Positions 1 through 13,007 of a stretch of 63,072 nt of DNA are shown here, one piece after another. The position numbers were made by a program, and so were the translations under genes. How positions within the stretch are numbered: the first letter of the stretch is position 1; every line of letters begins with the position of its first letter. The stretch is from Acanthaster planci (taxonomy: Eukaryota), in assembly GCF_001949145.1 (NCBI RefSeq), contig NW_019091355.1, positions 429,720 through 492,791 of the forward strand, read 5' to 3'. The notes under the pieces were generated by a model. It saw nothing but the letters and a program-made list of their open reading frames with translations, did no database searches and was not told the DNA's origin.

Positions 1-1489
1 ATGTACATTGTAAATGTCCGATGTAAGTGAAAAGCACCACCAGCCTGCGCCTGCAGCTCAGCCAAGTATAAGTCTTAGCATTGAGGTCTTGAGCACGCGG
101 CCCGTTCCTGCAAGACCGTGGCGTCACCGCAACAGTCATCAAATTATTAAAAACAAAAACAAAAAAAAAACACGAAGAGCACTACTCACTATTGATACCG
201 CATTCTGCTTCTACCAAGGAAATTTCTTGTTTCCATTGGTTCGTCACTGTTTTAACTCCTGATATATCGTGTTCCTGTTTTATCTAGGTAATCTGCAAAG
301 ACGCAGGACCTCTTGTTTCGATTGTAGACGAAGCTGAAGTGTTATCGAAACCTTTCACACACAAGTTATCTGCCAAACAGATACTAACATTAGTACATGA
401 TATACTTCTTATCAAGTTTCTGCATGACATTTATTCATGTCGGTTTGACTTCCTGTACACTTTTATTAAGACTAAAAACAAAAAACAAGGGAGACAACTA
501 CTCAAAAACAAACTCAAATGCTCATAAATTATTTACAACAGGCGAAACCCCAGTATTTCGGCATGACCTAGTCACAATATCATGCGGTGTTATATTCCAC
601 GCATATTTTTGTAATTATTTACATCACAAATTTATCAAAATTAGGGAAAATTGATGTAAGAGGCCCACAAGACTACAGGCAGCCTAACTGGATTCCCTTT
701 CATCAGTGTATTTTTATTAGAAAATTATTTTCAAATTACAAATCATATTTGTAAATGTTTGTGGAGGAAGAAATACGAATGAGACCGTATTAAGTTACTT
801 GAAAAGTTACGGCTGGGACTTGGATGGTTTTTGCTGTAACTTCTAAGTTGCTTTCCCATTTTGATGTTTCACTTAATGCATTAACACTAATTTTCTAAAA
901 AAATAATAGTTTTTAGTATCAATACAAGTTTTATCATTACATCAGGTTCAATACATGTATCTGCAAAGTGAAACGCAGCTCTATAAATCCAATGTAGCTC
1001 TTTTTACATGTTTCGGAAACAAGAAAACTTTCTGACAAACTTTTATGACAGAAAATTATGAAACCATGGGAGATAAAATGTTCCCAAAATTCAGATATAA
1101 TTTCATGTACTTGACCATTCTTTTTACAGTGCTTGAAAATATGAAACACAGGATACTCAAATAATAAAGTAAAATTTATCAATAAACTGAGAATCTGCAA
1201 AAAGTAATTAGCAGATTAAATACAAGCATTCTTCTTTTCACTGTGACCGTGAACGACAGTAGTATGGGATATATCTGAATGCTCGTATCCTTTGATAAAA
1301 TCCCCCTTCTCATGGCCACCAAGTCATTACCAAGTAGAAAACCAGTGAGCAAAGTAACTGAAATAAATCCAGAGTTCCTCCCCCCCTTCCTGACAACTCG
1401 GCCTCTCATTCCTGCCCCTGAACCCTGATTACATTTGTTTTTATTTACATAAGCAGTATCCAGTTTGTTTGAACTGTATGTTGCAAAAC

Positions 1490-4400
1490 TTAAGGCCTGA
1501 ACAACTCTATCTTTGCCATTTGGTAGATGGTGTCGCAGAATGCGATGTAGTTGATGTCATCCTTTCCTCCTACCTTGACATCAAATTTCTTGTAGAGCAC
1601 CTGAAATTCAGTCTCATTAACCAGTGAGCCCAGCTCTAGCTCGCTCAGGACTCGACGGAACTGGGACTGTGACACAGTGCCATTGTGCACACGATCATAG
1701 TCCTCAAACAATGTATACATCTGCATGTTGGACTTTCTCACCTGAAAAGAATGAGACGTTCACAGTAATGTCAATTTTAAGGCAAGATTCATGGAAATGT
1801 GATACACAGAAAATGATTCAAATGTGGAACTAGGATGAAAACAACTCATAGTTTTAGCAAAACAAAAATCATAATGATGAACGTATTCCACCGAATGACA
1901 AGTTTTGAGAAACTTAAAACTAAATGAAGTTCTTCATCAATGTGCATAGTACTTCATTTGCTGGATTGACACTGTAGCATTGAACTCAGCTTCGCGGTAA
2001 TTTGCAGGAGTTTTGTACCTGTTCAGCGAGTCTGGCAAGAGTCCTTTGTAAGATGATCTCAGAATCTTTGTCCAAGACATTCTGATCCACCTCGACTGGA
2101 GGCTTGAATTGGATGGGTTTAACCTGTGGAGCCTTCTCAAGATGCTTCAGGGTGAAGATGCTTTCAATCTCATCACAGAATGGAACATATTCAACATAGG
2201 CTGGATCACGTGGATACTCGTAACTACAAACACGAAAGAAATTTCATTTACCATTGTTAATTTTACTTGAATTGGTACCCTAATTATTTATATTCATCAG
2301 AGATAGAATGATGATCGTGTCATTTAAGACTCACTTTTGTTGAAGGATGTCAACCTCTGAAGCTTGCAACTCAAGGTGAGCTAAATCCAGAGCTCGGCGG
2401 AAGGTTGTTTTGAGCATACGACCCGTTCGGAGCTTGTCATAATCACGGATAAACTCCAACACTCTCATCCTCTCTCTGCTGACCTGAGACCAAAAACAGA
2501 GGGATTGAAACACATGACTTTGACATTCTAGACTTTTTTTGGGGGGAGGGGGAATGACATCGAGGATTGATAGCACCCTTGAGCAGAGAACTTCACAATA
2601 AGATGAAGAAATGTATGGAGAGATGACCAAGAATAACAGTCGAGCACAGATAAGACAAGCACCAATAATACATAGTCATTTTATAACAAGGACAATTTTT
2701 AGGTCCCAAGTCTTTGTTTTCCATTGACTGATAATACAAGAACAAGGTAATTTGTGAAGTCCCAAGGACCTTGTTATAAAAGTGTTCCACTGTATTTTTC
2801 AGGTGGGACGAAAAATCAGGCTGAATTTTTGATTAACTTTCTGAATTTGATTGGGCCAAAAAACCATTCCATATGTTGGCCTGTCTGGTATTGGCGCCTG
2901 TAGAACCCAAAGATTTCACAATATCACAGTAGATGACACAGAAAGGGGGTTCCCACTTTGCGACACATCTTACATTATATTTGAACTTTTGGTTGTTTAC
3001 GGAAGTGGAGCTTCACATAGGTTGACTATTATGTTCAAGGCAACTTAGCTATTAGCATGCAGGCAAGCACAATAGTGTAGTCTGGCATGCGTAGGCACCA
3101 TGGTGCCATGGTCATACATGTAGAGAACATATTCTGCTGCATTCAGCAATTTATGATTGATTGTATCGCAACCCCATTCAGCCAAACAAAGCCCTGAAAG
3201 ACAAACTCCTACCAGAGCAATAACAGGAAATCTTGGGAATGACTTGCTCCTTTGCAAAACTTAACATATGAAGCAAGATATGGGACGGAGAGCACCACCC
3301 AACCTTTGTGTTGGTCATTGTTTGATTGGAATCTCCAGAATTCTTTACAGACATCTAGGGGGGATGTGTTAGGTAACAGTCTAGAGTGTGTATGGGATTG
3401 GACAGGTAAGGGGGGGGTTACCCCTCCGTTCCATATCTTGCTGGGTATGAAACTTATTGAACTGTACTTTTGGAGGTCATATTGAGCCAAAGTGCACGTA
3501 GCCAAGCAAAGAACAGTCTGAAAACTAATTCATATTCACCATGGTCGACTTAACATTTCTAGTGAGCCTTGGAGTTTTAAAAATAGCAATGGCATAAGAG
3601 AGCATAACACTGTTCATAATAACCTTGTTGCAAACGACTTCACACAGGTGGCACAAAGAAAATTATTGCTTCCCAACAAGTTCAACTTTTTTCAATTTCA
3701 CTCTCAATATGTTTTTCAGGAGCTGGTGTCGAGTGTATTAGATACCTTCTAAATGTCAACAGCAAGTAAAAATGAATTTCGACAATATGGATGAGAAAAT
3801 TATGTCCCTTTCATTTTCTACGTATTTTTGAAATCTGTTACAATTAACAATCATCTGACATTGACGCTCTGAATCTAATAGGCAGAGAAATCCTCAGAAA
3901 AAAATTGGAAGCCAAATCCTCTTTTCCTAAAAACCTCATTGGATGCCCTAGACTCACTGTTTAGAAATTCCTCTACCTTAATCTTAATTTTCTTCATGAT
4001 CTCTTCAAAGTCTGTAAGTGGGTTTTTCTCCAAAGACACACTCTTAGAGTTGACCAATCGCAGTTCCTCCAGACGCTGGGTGTACTTCAGATCTTGCTTG
4101 TCTCGTGGCTGTAGGTCATCCAGGAACCGCAGGTAGTTAAACCCCATGGTATTGGAGTACTTCAGCTCCAGTAGCTCCATCTCCATCTCGGAGGCATTCA
4201 GACCCAGGAATGTCAGGCATTGACGGAATTGCTGCTTGGTGACCACGCCTATGTTGTGGAGATCGTAGTCCTATGGGAAAAAGCAGTGTCAGGAACTGAT
4301 TCAATGAATTTAAATGTATAAAAAATTATCTATGCATGCCTTTATCTCAAGTTTTCAATCAGTTTTAAAGGGTTACTGATGGAAGTTAGCACGAAATAAT

Positions 4401-7400
4401 AACGTTGTAGTGTGGGTCAAACAGTCAACAAAAACATGTTGTTGCTTCTGCAAGGTGGAATTGGGGAGTCTGCATTAAGCCTGAGAATCTCAGTCCAGGA
4501 ACTGAACTCACGGGTCTCCAGGAGCTGAAACTGAGTCAAAGTCATAACTTAATCTCAGTCCAAGAACTGAACTCACGGGTCTCCAGGAGCTGAAACTGAG
4601 TCAAAGTCATAACTTAATCTCAGTCCAGGAACTGAACTCACGGGTCTCCAGGAGCTAAAACTGAGTCAAAGTCATAACTTGCAACCCTCAGAAATTCCAA
4701 TACTTTCCCTTGATAACAGTCAATTTTTGTACAGTTGGCCAATGTAAGGTTCAAATGACAGTGTACAGATTAGCTGCTTCTAAATTTCACCACTGTTTAT
4801 CTCTCCATTACCTGGAAGCATGGCTTAGAGTGAATACGACGCTGATTGCTACGCTGTCGCATACGGTCCATGGCCTGGTCAACAATAGTAGTCTGCTCTG
4901 GGGTAGCCTGGGCCCAGTCTACGGTACCCTGCTTCTCTACTAGGAAGGACTCCAGGGGCGGGACTTGATTGGTGGGCGTCTTCTCCAAATCAGGCTCCAC
5001 CTGAGTGAAAACTGGGCCCAGAAAAAAAGAAAGACAGTCTTGAGGTTCAGCGTGCCTTGAAATCAACACTATTGTTGGCACAATTGTATTGACTAAACCA
5101 CTTTTTAACGGCAAAGATGCCTTTCAAACCATGCCTTTCAAATTTATCTGTGATCAGTATCTCAATAATCCCTTCCGTAGCCACACCATAAAAAGCATTT
5201 CAATAATAAAACATTAGTCAACAGTGTTTTAGTCAAGACCATCACAAGACCATGCACAAGACCAATCACAAGTAACAGTGTGAACAATGATACAGGAATG
5301 TTTTTGATGCAGTTCATTTAAATAGCTTGTGACTTGAATTCAGACTAGAGGTCTTGTGCTGGTCTTCTGTGGTCTTGTCTTAAGTGGTCTCGACTACAAC
5401 ACTGTTAGTCGAGAGCCTGTAAGAGAAATCCAAGAACATGTTGATCTTTACCTCAGCTTCAATGTGTCAAACCCAGTATGGAAACTGATGAATCCCAAAT
5501 GACAGAAGCGCTTACCACTTTCAATGTCCTTCTCAAATTTCTTCCACTGGACGTGGAGCGGATTCTGAGGGTTAGTGTAGTAGTCACAGAGAGCCTTAGA
5601 TTCTTCTCTGCTCAAGGTCTGTTGCCCCATGGCTGTCAGGCCCATGGTGAACTGGCTACGAGGAATAGAATGCTCTCGAAGGGGGTCAAAATCTTGAAAG
5701 TACTCGCAGACCTGTCAGAAAACAAGATAACAATCAGGTTGATGATTAGATCATCAAAAATCTAAGAGTTTTATTTATTGATTCTGACCCTGTTGTCATA
5801 AGATGTGATTGATAAATCTAAAACCAATGAGCTCCAGATGTTTATTGTCTTGACTTCATTTCTCCCCAGAAAGTACAAAGCTGGAGTAAAGTGCCTTGCC
5901 CTGTGCGTTTCCCTCTTCTTTGTGGCCATGCTACCTTTATCACTGACAAAGTACAGCAACTATGTGCCAGCACATGTGGCCTAGGTTAGAATCCCTGCTG
6001 TGTCAGTGAACACGTATATTTTTAATATCACATGTGATACGGAATCCAGCTGAGTGTTAAAAAGGACGAGTGTCTCACCCTGACTCTGTTAACTAAGACA
6101 TCATGGCGGATTCTCTTCAACAACTCTGTGATATTGACGTTAGATGTATCGATGGGTTTCTGGTCATACGGTGTCCTGGGTCGTTCCTTCTCAACTGGAT
6201 GATCAGAATCCATTGTAAAACCAATGAAGTCTGAGAAAACAATCAGAAAATTATTCTCAGTTCGGAAATGAATTCAAGTTTAAAGCTGATTTAGGAATAT
6301 TGCTAAGAATAAGATAGAAATGTGAAAAAAGCAAAGAGAGGAATACTTATTGAAGTTTAATTAAAGTTTATATTCAGCAAAGACAGCTTATTGAAGGAGG
6401 GATCACAGTGTAATTTCTGGGATCATTTATTTACCTTTATCGATTGCTTGGACGAAGGCTGGATAGTTAACGTCACCTCCCCTGGGCTCTTCAAACTTAC
6501 GGCAGAGCAGCTTGAAATCTTCTGATTCCACATTGATGCCCAAGAAATGCAAGATACGACGGAACTGGGATGGAGTGACGTTGCGTGTGTAGGCTTTGCT
6601 CTGGACAGAAAAGGCATCGTTAGGAAATGTGGTCAATTTTCGTCATTTTATAAAAAATGCAAATTTAAATGACATAATCAAAATGTCTTACATCTCTGTT
6701 TTTCCTCTTAATTTTGGAGAGTTTCATTTACAAGGTTAAAGGAAGGATGTTTAAAACTTTAAGAAAATACTTAAATCTGGGAGAAAAACTGTAAATTTTA
6801 AAGCAAGAATCGTGGGAACTCTGCTCAATCACAAGAAAATTTCTTGTTGGCCAAAAAAATTGAAAAAAAAAATTTTTTTGTAACTTCCAATACAGCACAT
6901 GATAAAATATTCAAATTTTTTCTCTCATCTGTAGTTATACTTTGCACATCAGAGTCTCAAAACTCACTCGATCATAATCTTTGAAGTGAGGAAAGCACAT
7001 GAGTCTTCGTCTCTGGACGGTGGACGCCAACTCATCAAGTATCTTAGCAACTCGAGCTTCTTCTTGTTGGTTGAGTGGGTTGAGTGAGCGGGACAGATGA
7101 CCCTGAGGGGGGCGGTAGACACGAGTCTCTGGCTTCTTCTCCAGATGGGGTTCATTAAATGCTGTGGGTGAAACAAGACATAAAATTGATAGTAAATATT
7201 GTTGCACGCAGATGAAATCAAAGGAATAAGTAGTTATTAAATAAAATGAAGAACTTGAATCCTGTTCTAAAACTTTAGGAAATACACCGAGGCAAACTCA
7301 GGAGGCTTTTTCCAAGTTTAAATAAATTGAGAATAACACTGTAACCGTAAGGCCACAGTAAAAAAAATCATGTTATACATTTCATATAAGGGAAATCAAC

Positions 7401-9806
7401 TGGCAAAATAATGCTGTAATAATGAACCCAAATAAATGGAACACGGTGACATGTATGCCTTCTCCAGATCTCGTCTTTGAAAAACATCCACGAAATTTGC
7501 TACCAATTTTTTTTACCATTTTCCATGAGGTGGCAGAATTCCTTGTATCTCACTCGGCTGTCTGGTTGCTTGTAATAGTCAGCAAGGCGTTGTACCTCCC
7601 CTCTGGTAAGCCCAGCCTCCTTGCCAACGCACAGCATCAGACCACACTGGAACTGGTTCTCTGTAATTATTCCACTGCGGAGTTTGTCGTGGTCACAGAA
7701 GAACTCTGTGGTCCGGATGCCATGTTTGTGGACTGCAATCTGTATTCGCTTGAAGAGCTCCTTCAGTTCATCATCAGCTTTCTCCTGATTGTGGATCAAA
7801 CCAAACTTCTTGTACCAGAGTTTTTCAAGAACTTGAGAAAAGCCTTTTCAAGTGTTGTCTGTTCAGACTCACACTTACAACCTTCTGCTTGTTAGCGCAG
7901 ATCTCTCACTCACTACAAAACTTGATAGGGTGAGTTTGCTGATGTGAGTCTGATACAGAGGCAAGTAACAAAATGGAGGGAAGCTGTTCCAAACAGGAGT
8001 CTAAACACGCTTAGTTTGACTGTTTTTGTTTTAGATAAGCACTGGGATATAACTCTGTGGTCAAAGACATAACTTGTGTCAAAGTGTTCTGCCTTTAACC
8101 CTACCAACCCAAAACAAATGTTCAGAAAATAAATATACAATGTATTACAGAAAACAAAACCTTAAAGATTCAGACAACCAGGTGAGACTCATATTATAAA
8201 AGCCCATCCAAATTCATTCTTATTTCGATAGATCAATGAGGCCAACTTACCACTCTGGGAATGTTGTAATTGTTTTCAGGCAATGGATCAAACAAATTCT
8301 CCACAAGTCTCTCCTTGGCTGCTTCCACATCATTGTGGAAGTTGAGATAGTTACAAAGATTAGAGGTGTTAGGGTCCAGGTAGCGACGAATCAAGAGATT
8401 TACTTCTTCATCCTCAAGGCCAGGTGGTCTAGGGAAACTCCTAGCAAACTGTGGGTTAAAAACATTTGGAAAGGAAAGTGACATAAAATGACATCTTTTA
8501 TCACAAGCAAGAGGCAATTTAAACCGGTACACAATGCAAGTGACAGCAGCAGTGTAACTCTCAACAAGATAAAGAAACTGAGCCAGGCCTGTCATTTTCT
8601 GTGGGAATGATACTTTAAAAACATTCACGTGACAAAATTGACAATACACAAATTATCGGTTGTTTGCTCAGTCATTCTAACTACCTGGCTGTCAGTTACG
8701 GTGCCAATATGATGCCTATCAAAATCTGTGTAGCTGGAACTAATGTTGATGCCATGGTATTTGTAGTAAGGCGCAATTCTCTCAATGATGGTGTTGACCT
8801 TCTGCACGGATGCTGGACTAAGTGGACGGATGGAGCGAGTTGTACCCAGACTAAAGCAAGGAAAGAAATTCCTGCACTGTTATCCCTGCTCAACAGACTT
8901 ATATGTACATGTACAATGATATCAGTACAGTGTTTAAAAGTTCCTTAGGAATGTTTTGATCTGGAATTCAACAGCTATGGGTGCAAGACTAACTTTATTT
9001 TAACATTTTTCCTTCACAAGCAACCAAACCAACCAATCAGTACTTGATAAAGAGAAACTTGTCGCAAAAAACCCACTGAATTTCATGGTGTAATATAAAG
9101 CCATGGACCAAATACTTACAATTCATCTGGTTCAATAGTCTGTGATTTTGGTTCAACTCTGAGGTTGTTTGGCTGAAAAGCTGTAAAAAAGAACAAAATT
9201 TAGTAATTGTAGACATTTTTGAAAGCAACTCCACCTTTCCCTTTCTTTCTTGCAAAAATGATGCAGGCTCAAGATTTGTGCTGCAAGGTAATTTTTTACG
9301 TTAAGAATCACCAATACGTCCTTCCAGCAACAAAAATTTTTATAGCTCCAGTTTTTTCACTTACTACACTCAATAACATCAGCAAATCTCTTGTAGTTGA
9401 CCATGCCGTCCTTCTCCTTGAATTTCTCTATCAGCAATTCCTCTTCTGCCTCGGCCAAAATTGATGAAAAACCCTGATCCAGACATCTCTTGAACTGGGA
9501 TGCTAATTAAAAAAATTAATAAAAAATTTAGGGCATATTTCCCTCTGCCATACATGTCAGCAGTTGAAAAGGCTTAAATTACAGAGGCATTTGGTACACC
9601 TTCTAAAACAGGGGAAAAAATGTTCACTGTTTGGTTTCCTTACCAAAAGAGTTTAAGTTAAACATCTGATCAAGAGACTACTCACCGGTGACACATCCAC
9701 TCCGAAGATTGTCAAAATCCTTGAAGAATTCAGCCACTCTTACCCTCTTTGAAAGCATAAACTTCCGAATGCGATCTTCAATGCTATCCACCGCTGGTTC
9801 AGGCAT
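1490..9806 (-). CDS. Multi-EF-hand repeat protein (EFCAB6-related / CFAP115-like putative ciliary microtubule inner protein), ~919 aa, 15 coding exons
   Basis: Exons (minus): 9806-9686, 9502-9365, 9180-9120, 8850-8685, 8448-8251, 7784-7517, 7161-6968, 6600-6435, 6230-6079, 5711-5516, 5011-4812, 4270-3977, 2483-2335, 2223-2019, 1741-1490. All have GT/AG borders and compatible phases, summing to 2760 nt. Starts MPEPAVDSIEDRIRKFMLSKRVRVAEFFKDFDNLRSG and ends ...QMAKIELFRP*. Eight units of the form F.D[FYH]D....G.[VI]T..QF.R.L...[VI]NY..F. Confidence 0.85.
4486..4680. repeat. 65-bp minisatellite x3 (intronic)
   Basis: Unit aatctcagtccaggaactgaactcacgggtctccaggagctgaaactgagtcaaagtcataactt starts at 4486, 4551 and 4616, near-identical. 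Confidence 0.95.
5222..5404. mobile_element. hAT-type MITE
   Basis: TIRs cagtgttttagtcaagacc / ggtctcgactacaacactg. 8-bp TSD ttagtcaa (5214-5221) / ttagtcga (5405-5412). Internal caagacc/ggtctt repeats. Confidence 0.75.
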
Positions 9807-10550
9807 GGTGACAATTAATTTGGATGACTGCTTAATTCAATATCTGGCATAATGTGAAAAGTTAAAATCCTCAAAACTTTTGTCATGGCATACAGAAAAA
9901 TACCAACAATCAGACATGGAGGCCTAGACTTGTTTCACAAGTGATTTCATTATCTCTAGGCCTAGGTCTAATGAGAAATCCAAGGCCTACTTGATGAGTT
10001 GATTCTGTATCCCAGGCTGACATTACATGTAATTAATTATCTAACATTGACTGCTTAACAGAGACTGGTTTAAGTTTCATACTTCGCGACACTAAGGATA
10101 ATTTACAAACTGTAACAAATGAATGGTCCGCCTAATCAATGCGGAATTACTGGACTGACTCCTATTTTTAATTGCTAACCCAGCGGCCGTGCAAAAAATT
10201 CCAACGAAGTACATGAAAATGTAAAAACTCTGACTCTCAGTGGACAGTGGAAACATGGAACTTCACGTACTACGTAGGAATGGTGGAAACAACTTTGCTG
10301 TTCACAACTCACAAACAGTGAAACAGCATTCGCATGCTCAACGTCAGCGTCGATACAATTACAAGTACTGAGATAAACAAGTTCTGATTGATTAAAAACG
10401 TACGCATATTAGAAGAAAGCAGCCTAGGCCTACCTTGATTCTTTTCAAAAGGCAACTTAAATTTCAACACGATCACTACGCTAGGCCTTTTTCGTGTCAG
10501 TCAGTAGGCCCTATCTCTTGACATTTTATTTATCAAGCGAACACATGTGC

Positions 10551-10563
10551 GTATCTAAGCAAC
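10551..10563. promoter_or_regulatory. RFX X-box motif upstream of the EF-hand gene
   Basis: GTATCTAAGCAAC fits the X-box consensus GTNRYY(N)RGYAAC. It lies ~120 bp upstream of a minus-strand donor (AAG|GTAGGC near 10433) that likely ends a non-coding first exon. Confidence 0.55.
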
Positions 10564-10653
10564 AAAATTACTTTTGAACAAAAGAGGGCGCTATTTCAAA
10601 ATGGGATAGAGGGCGCTTTTCTGTCCAAAAGATGCTCTTGGGTGGGAAAATAA

Positions 10654-11112
10654 GGTCGAGTTCGGGCGGCCTGTTCTTGACACGGGTTTCTTGTTCTCGC
10701 GCTCGAACGGTCCCGGGGAACACGACTCAAGAACACTGTTCTCGGAACAGGATCACACACCACCTCCTCGCCAGGGTTTTACAGGGACACACGGAAAAAC
10801 TCGTGAGATTTGGATTTTTAAACAACTGCAAAAAGTAGAGACATGGCTTCATAGACAATGGGAAGTTTTGCAAAATTAACATTAATTGTTTTCCGTAACA
10901 CAGAAACGAATGTTCCTGTTTACATAGAAAAGAATTCAGGCCATCCAAACATCAACGCTCGAATAACGTAGCCTACATGGACGCCGCCATGTTGCTTGCC
11001 ACTAACTACCGTCGATAACCGATTGTTTGTTCCCGGCGTTCGAGCGGCCGACCCACGAACAACAAATCGAGCTGTTCGTGAACATACGGGAACAAGCCGC
11101 CCGAACTCGGCC
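10654..11112. mobile_element. PIF/Harbinger-type MITE
   Basis: TIRs ggtcgagttcgggcggcctgttc / gaacaagccgcccgaactcggcc, with TAA on both sides (10651-10653, 11113-11115). Confidence 0.75.
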
Positions 11113-12496
11113 TAAGAGGTATTGACCATTGATCTCCATAATATGAGATCTACGTGTCCATATGCACGAACAGTCCATCCGTGACGTCATTACACTCGGG
11201 CAGCCTCCAGTCTTAGTCCAGAGACCCGTTCGCTAGCCTAGTCCAGGAGCCAATTGGGGGTCAACCTAGCTAGAAAGTTAACCAATTTTTATGTATATGG
11301 CAATGGTCCACGTGCATCTCTGTATAAGAAAAGAGATGTCTGCCGACCACATTCTGGCGGGTGTGGTTAAAAGGGCCATGAGAAACGGACCCCAAATTGA
11401 GCTAGATCAGCTGGTGAGTTAACCCAATGTAACCTGCTGGGAAATGCTCAGTATGTTTGCAGGTATCCTGAATGCTATCCATCAGACATATTTGGTAGTG
11501 GGGTGTGCCCGCCAGACATACATAACCAGTACCCTAAAACCGAGCTAGATCCCCTCATGGAACTTTTTGGAAAATGTTCACTGGAGTCTCAGGTATTATA
11601 TTATGATCGGCCACTACCAGACATTTTTTGTGGTGGGGCGTGTCCACCAGATATCTCTAAATGCCCCACCCCCCAAATTGGGGTAGTGGTGGCTGACACC
11701 AGGGCAGGCATGAAGATCGCGTGATGGCTAAACGAACGCTCTTGTGTAAGTTTGACTTACACGTGTAATCGAATGCACCCTTGACAGTGACCGAGTCGTT
11801 CGTGCAAGTCGTAATTGTCTGAATTAACTGGGCTTGAGGGCTAGGCTGTCAACCTCGACTCCATGGGCTGCGTGCGCGTTCCTTCACTAGCCCCTAGTCA
11901 TGTAGAATACCATCATGACGCAGACTGGCTATACAGAATGAATTATATATACAGTACATGTACATTCATGTGAAGTCAATCGCGTGCGTATTTCAAAGCT
12001 GCACGCTCGTGCCCACGTATTCTCCTGCGGCTGCACGTCATGCATGTGTAAATCTTCGTTGGGGGTAAACACACTGCCTAAGGTCCTAATCTAAATATCC
12101 CAAATAGTGGGATATTTACGTTATACAATACCAGGGGTTTGATCGCACACTGCATGGTGGGAACCAACATGGCGCGGCAAGTACCTTCCCATGAGAACGA
12201 GGTTGAGCGGCCATAGCTTGAAGCGTGCGTGGATGCTATCCGCCTCGAGCTGAAGTGCATCCCCAAGCGGCAAAAGAAAAACAGATGGTTGTAAGTTTTC
12301 CAAGCAGGTTCTTGCATGCGTTCTGCGTGTATGCAAAGATCATACATTGAGGAATAAATTTGTTATGCGTACTCAGTGCGCTCCGCGTCAAACGCGTCAT
12401 TGATCTCCATTACAAACGTGCGCCTATGCAGTGAGTACCAAAAAAGCACGCCCTCTTTTGTTCCGCTGGGAACAGATTATCTGGAACCACTTTAAA

Positions 12497-13007
12497 GGGT
12501 GCAGACCACTAATTCAAGTGAGAATTACTGGCCAGGTCATTAGCATTAAAAGTGCCCCCACAGTATCTTTTGAAAAAGGAGATTGTTTGGCCCCCAAAAT
12601 GACGAGATTGTGTAAATCGTTGCCGGGATCAACTCCCTGGGTCTTTGAGCTTTCATATGAGAGCAGAAGGGCTAANNNNNNNNNNNNNNNNNNNNNNNNN
12701 NNNNNNNNNNNNNNNNNNNNNNNNNNNNNNNNNNNNNNNNNNNNNNNNNNNNNNNNNNNNNNNNNNNNNNNNNNNNNNNNNNNNNNNNNNNNNNNNNNNN
12801 NNNNNNNNNNNNNNNNNNNNNNNNNNNNNNNNNNNNNNNNNNNNNNNNNNNNNNNNNNNNNNNNNNNNNNNNNNNNNNNNNNNNNNNNNNNNNNNNNNNA
12901 TTTGTGTGTCAGAAATCTCAGGGATGTTGGCGTGCATGCTATTGGACCCTGAGCAGTGCTGATTTTACACTGTTTTCAATCGAGCTTGAAGTAGTGGACT
13001 GGAACCT
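12497..13007 (-). mobile_element. Non-autonomous TIR element, copy 1 (spans the N gap)
   Basis: Ends gggtgcagaccactaattcaag / cttgaagtagtggactggaacc. 12600-12675 and 12900-13003 are reverse-complement matches to 22741-22820 and 22447-22550. Confidence 0.75.
12676..12899. other. Assembly gap (N run)
   Basis: Run of N. Confidence 1.

Noticed and set aside
4486..4680. CRISPR-like array (also considered for 18329-18868)
   Set aside because: The units are contiguous with no unique spacers, there are no cas genes, and the context is eukaryotic
7422..7895. 157-aa plus-strand ORF
   Set aside because: It is the antisense shadow of EF-hand exon 7784-7517
12121..12295. Exon-like segment ..EACVDAIRLELKCIPKRQKK..
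   Set aside because: It has an in-frame stop, no partner exons and no recognisable family; it sits in a TE-rich block
12431..12962. Long ORFs over the first gap
   Set aside because: Artefacts of translating N
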